DNA of 64,000 nt. It comes from Macrostomum hystrix (Eukaryota; Animalia; Platyhelminthes). Position 1 is the first letter of the stretch. Every line of letters starts with the position of its first letter. The translations under genes were made by a program, and so were the position numbers. Of the stretch, positions 60,322 to 64,000 are shown piece by piece. The stretch covers positions 31,930,001 to 31,994,000 of the forward strand of contig CATNEN010000038.1 in the NCBI GenBank assembly GCA_950097015.1, written 5' to 3'. The notes under the pieces were generated by a model that saw nothing but the letters and a program-made list of their open reading frames with translations, had not been told where the DNA came from and ran no database searches.

Positions 60322-60529
60322 TGTAGCGATTGCGGCCACGTAATGTTAAATTTTATTTGGCGGAGAACAGGTAGAGTGCAGCGCGTTCCAAAAGATAATG
60401 ATTTATAGGCCGGCGCGTGTACATGAGCTTAAGCCCAATGCACACTGCCCCGGCCCAGCGCAAGTGCTAGTCAAAGTTGGGGTGGCCGACCTACCACCAC
60501 GCAGGGCGCTGGAGAGAGCGGCCGCCACA
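60322..60529 (-). repeat. 3' LTR, 208 bp
   Basis: Minus strand reads TGTGGCG...CGCTACA, contains CTATAAAT and AATAAA, and is preceded by PPT AGGGGGGAGCCA (60541-60530). Confidence 0.85.
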
Positions 60530-60553
60530 TGGCTCCCCCCTAGCGCTGGCCTA

Positions 60554-63500
60554 TTAGCGAAATCGAGTCGGCCGGCATTGGCGCGGTGGTAGCTGACGAC
60601 GCTGAATCGGATCAGGAGGAGCCGCGGTGTTTGGCTGGTGACCTGCTGGTTGATACGTCCGCGGCGGTGGCAGTGGCGCAGCTGCGGCAGGTTCGGGCTC
60701 ATTGTCCTTCAGCGGTTGACGAGCATCCCGGCGAGGGCGGCCTCTGGGTCGCAGCGGTGAGGCCGGTACTGCTTCGCAGGGGTCCAGCACCGCAGGCTTC
60801 AGCCGATCCACCGCCACGTGATCGTGCCGCGTGCCCAAATCGAGCAGAAAGGTTTTGGTGTTGCGCTCGAGCACCTTGAATGGGCCGAAATACGGTCTTT
60901 GCAGCGACGGGCGGTGGCCGTCACGGCGGATGAAAACGTGCGTGCAAGTGTCCAGTGCGTCGGGCACGGAGGCTGCAACGCGGCCGTGTCGTGAGGTCGG
61001 AGGCGGTCGGAATGATTGCACAGCACCACGAAGCCGGGCTAGGAACTGGTCGTATGAGCCTGTCGCGGGCGTAGCCTGTAGGCACTCGCCCGGCACGGTC
61101 AGCGGCGCGCCGTAAACCAGCTCTGCAGAGGAGGCGCCAATGTCCTCCTTAGGGGCCGTCCTGATGCCCAGCAGTGCCCAGGGAAGCTCGTCGACCCAAG
61201 CCGGTCCAGTCAGACGTGCCATCAGAGATGCCTTGAGCTGGCGATGAAAACGCTCCACCAGCCCATTTGACTGCGGATGAAAGGCCGTTGTGTGATGGAG
61301 CTGCATGCCAAGCAGCTTGGAAACGTTGGTCCACAGCTCTGAGGTGAACTGGGAGCCGCGGTCGGACGTGATGTCGCTGGGGACACCGAAGCGGGCGATC
61401 CAGCCGGCGATGAAAACAGATGCGCAGGAGGCGGCAGAGGTGTCGACCATTGGAAATGCCTCCGGCCAGCGGGAGAAACGGTCGACTGCTGTCAGCAAAT
61501 AGGTGTAACCGCGAGACAGCGGCAACGGACCGACCAGATCAACGTGGACATGGGCAAAACGGCTGTTGGGCACCGGGATGCTAGACGGTGGAGCGATGAC
61601 ATGCCGCTGGACTTTGGCCGTCTGGCAGGCGATGCAGCTGCGCGCCCACTGGCCGACATCCCTCTTGAGTCCGGGCCACACGAACTTCTCGGACACAAGG
61701 CGCCGTGTGCTGCGGACCGACGGATGCGCCAGGCTGTGGATGGCGTCGAAGACGGCACGGCGGAAGTCGGCGGGCACCAGCGGTCGTGGACGGCCGGTCA
61801 CGGTGTCGCAGAGAACCTCCAAGCCGGGGCCTAGCGCCACTCGTTCTAGCCTGAGCCCGGTGTCCGCAAGCGCAGGGTCGTCTAAAGTCTGCGCACGCGC
61901 TAGGGCCTCATAGTCGATACCAGGAAGCAGCGGCTGCACGGAGGCAACGGTGCAGCGGGACAGAGCGTCGGCCACCGGATTGTCTTTGCCCGCTACGTGC
62001 CGGATTTCGGTGGTGAACTCCGACACGTATGCGAGGTGCCGCTGCTGGCGTGCCGACCACGGGTCCGACAGCTTGGCCATGGCTGCCACTAGGGGCTTGT
62101 GGTCGGTGTAGGCGGTGAAAAAGCGGCCTTCCAAAAAGTAGCGGAAGTGCCTAGTGGCGAGATAGAGAGCGAGCAACTCACGGTCGAAAGCGCTGTACTT
62201 TTGTTCAGCGGGACGCAGCTGCCGACTGAAGAATGCCAGCGGCTGCCACGCCTCACTGATACGCTGCTCCAGGACCGCCCCTATGGCGGTGTTCGAGGCG
62301 TCGACCGTCAGCGCCGTTGGAGCGCCGAGCTGTGGATGGGCGAGCATGGCGGCGTCTGCGAGAGCGTGCTTCGTACTGTTGAAGGCATCCGTCAGCTCCG
62401 GCGTCCACTGAACAAACTTTTCCTTGCTGGCCAGGGCGCCGTAGATGGGGCGCAGCAGCTGGGCGGCTCGCGGCACGAACCGGTGATAGAAGTTCACCAT
62501 ACCGGCAAACTCCTGTAGGCCCTTGACCGTCGCAGGCGGCGCGAACCGAGTGATGGCGTCGACCTTGTCGGGCAGCGGCACGGCCCCACGGCTATTAATG
62601 CGGTGACCCAGGAAGTCAATTTCACTGCGGCCAAACTGGCATTTAGCCGGGTTGGTAAGGAGGCCGTTGTCGGCCAGGCGCTGGAACAGCACACGCAGGT
62701 GCTTCAGGTGCTGCTGAGGATCGCTGCTCGCCACCAGGAAGTCGTCGATGTAGGCGAACACGAAGTCCAGGTCCTGGCAGACCGTGTCGATCAACCTCTG
62801 GAAGGCCTGGGCGGCATTTTTAAGGCCGAAAGGCATGCGAAGAAATTCAAACAGGCCAAACGGGGTGATGACAGCCGTCTTAGCGACGTCGGCCTCCGCG
62901 ACCGGGATTTGATGATAGCCGCGAACTAGGTCGATTTTTGAAAATATTTTGCATCCGGACAGCCTCGCTGAGAAGTCCTGGATGTGTGGCACCGGGTAAC
63001 GGTCAGGCACCGTGGCATCATTGAGCCGCCGAAAATCCCCACAGGGCCGCCAACCGCCTGAGGATTTGGGCACCATATGTAGTGGCGACGAGCAGGGGCT
63101 GCACGACCGCTGCACAATGCCGAGCTGCTCCAGAGTGCGGAACTCGTCTTTAGCCACCGCCAGCTTGTCCGGTGGCAGGCGGCGCGCCCTGGCATGAACA
63201 GGAGGCCCGGTCGTTGGTATATGGTGCTCCACGCCGTGACGAGGCTGGGCCTTTTGGAAGCTTGGCTCTGTCAGCGTAGGGAACTCGGCGAGTAGCTGGC
63301 TGTACGGGTCTCCGGCAACCGCGGCGGCCAACTGCGGGGCCGTGCCAGAGCCGAGCACCAGGTGAACACTGGACAACGAGCTAGCGTCCAGCAAGCGACG
63401 GTTCGGCAGGTCCACCAAGAGGCCATGATGCCTCAGAAAATCGGCGCCGATCAACGGTCGGGACACTTCGGCAAGGATGAACGGCCAGGTGCAGGTCTTG

Positions 63501-63649
63501 ACGCCGAGGTCAATTGTGAGCGTCTGGCTGCCGAAGGTACGTATCAGGCTGCCGTTGGCCGCGAAAAGTGGCGGGCCAGGTGGGTGCGTGCGGGCGTCGG
63601 CCCCTGAGACCGGAAAAATGCTCACCTCTGCGCGGGTCGAGGCATTCAC
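60554..63649 (-). CDS. pol: Gypsy Pol polyprotein (degenerate protease, RT, RNase H, integrase)
   Basis: RT: [34 protein letters not shown]. RNase H: VDASN, ELLA, TDHKPL. Integrase: HxxxH...CxxC, HVDLVG, SDRGSQF, VERFHR, GPF. Confidence 0.95.
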   Translation of the reverse strand: MNASTRAEVSIFPVSGADARTHPPGPPLFAANGSLIRTFGSQTLTIDLGVKTCTWPFILAEVSRPLIGADFLRHHGLLVDLPNRRLLDASSLSSVHLVLGSGTAPQLAAAVAGDPYSQLLAEFPTLTEPSFQKAQPRHGVEHHIPTTGPPVHARARRLPPDKLAVAKDEFRTLEQLGIVQRSCSPCSSPLHMVPKSSGGWRPCGDFRRLNDATVPDRYPVPHIQDFSARLSGCKIFSKIDLVRGYHQIPVAEADVAKTAVITPFGLFEFLRMPFGLKNAAQAFQRLIDTVCQDLDFVFAYIDDFLVASSDPQQHLKHLRVLFQRLADNGLLTNPAKCQFGRSEIDFLGHRINSRGAVPLPDKVDAITRFAPPATVKGLQEFAGMVNFYHRFVPRAAQLLRPIYGALASKEKFVQWTPELTDAFNSTKHALADAAMLAHPQLGAPTALTVDASNTAIGAVLEQRISEAWQPLAFFSRQLRPAEQKYSAFDRELLALYLATRHFRYFLEGRFFTAYTDHKPLVAAMAKLSDPWSARQQRHLAYVSEFTTEIRHVAGKDNPVADALSRCTVASVQPLLPGIDYEALARAQTLDDPALADTGLRLERVALGPGLEVLCDTVTGRPRPLVPADFRRAVFDAIHSLAHPSVRSTRRLVSEKFVWPGLKRDVGQWARSCIACQTAKVQRHVIAPPSSIPVPNSRFAHVHVDLVGPLPLSRGYTYLLTAVDRFSRWPEAFPMVDTSAASCASVFIAGWIARFGVPSDITSDRGSQFTSELWTNVSKLLGMQLHHTTAFHPQSNGLVERFHRQLKASLMARLTGPAWVDELPWALLGIRTAPKEDIGASSAELVYGAPLTVPGECLQATPATGSYDQFLARLRGAVQSFRPPPTSRHGRVAASVPDALDTCTHVFIRRDGHRPSLQRPYFGPFKVLERNTKTFLLDLGTRHDHVAVDRLKPAVLDPCEAVPASPLRPRGRPRRDARQPLKDNEPEPAAAAPLPPPRTYQPAGHQPNTAAPPDPIQRRQLPPRQCRPTRFR

Positions 63650-64000
63650 TGACGGCCGGCCGGTCCATTTCCCGAGTACCGGCAGGGCTGTTCACAACGC
63701 CGGGCCTTGGAGCCGAACTTCCGGTGGAAAAAACAGACCGGACCGCCTACCTCTCTGGGCTGGTGCTGCTGTGGCTGGGCCCGGGCTGGACCGGCGGCCG
63801 TGGCCTGCCGAGCTGCGGCGGCAACTACTGGCTGGTCGTGCGCCAGCGAGGCGGCTGCCAATGTCTGGGCGCGGCTTGCCCAGAGCCGGTCCGCGAGCTG
63901 CGCGACCACTCTCGGGTCTTTAAAATCGGCGGAGACCAGTGCCATACGGATGTCGGCTGGCAGTTGCTGGCGGAACAGCTCTTCGAAAAGCATGCATGGC
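63646..64000 (-). CDS. gag: Gypsy Gag C-terminal part (cut by the window end)
   Basis: [10 protein letters not shown]...ADRLW and the Cys/His box [18 protein letters not shown]. Its stop overlaps the pol frame. Confidence 0.85.
   Translation of the reverse strand, partial: PCMLFEELFRQQLPADIRMALVSADFKDPRVVAQLADRLWASRAQTLAAASLAHDQPVVAAAARQATAAGPARAQPQQHQPREVGGPVCFFHRKFGSKARRCEQPCRYSGNGPAGRQ

Larger units (their letters stand above)
60322..64000 (-). mobile_element. Ty3/gypsy LTR retrotransposon (3' portion), antisense within the prominin intron
   Basis: gag, pol (PR-RT-RH-IN order), PPT and 3' LTR all present. Confidence 0.95.

Overview
Eukaryotic (animal) genomic DNA: GC-rich exons with poly-Gln/poly-Ala runs, AT-rich intergenic DNA, GT-AG introns and a very high density of private minisatellites. 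The style suggests a free-living flatworm such as Macrostomum, which is inference only. Hand-spliced genes, in order: WAPL (-, 5 exons); an orphan type-I membrane protein (-, 2 exons); RASEF/Rab45 EF-hand Rab (+, 4 exons, with an RFX X-box upstream); RhoGDI (-); unkempt (+, 7 exons, no RING found); an ankyrin-repeat channel with a TRPM-like pore and TRP domain (-, 1-nt frameshift near its 5' end); an intronless linker histone H1 (+); an inverted pseudogenised prominin exon; a 5'-truncated unknown gene fragment hit by a MITE; and the 5' part of prominin (+), whose intron holds a Ty3/gypsy LTR retrotransposon with a 208-bp 3' LTR, a GGGAAAT slippery site and no protease DTG motif. Two tRNA-derived SINE families, a tRNA-Lys pseudogene and several MITE-like palindromic elements are dispersed through the window. 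Most notable patterns: (1) several long introns are ~90-120-bp minimal introns inflated by their own tandem array; (2) the ankyrin plus TRPM-like channel architecture; (3) an inverted SINE pair bracketing unkempt exon 4; (4) 8-9-nt direct repeats at both ends of two RASEF introns. All coordinates were read by eye and repeat boundaries are approximate.
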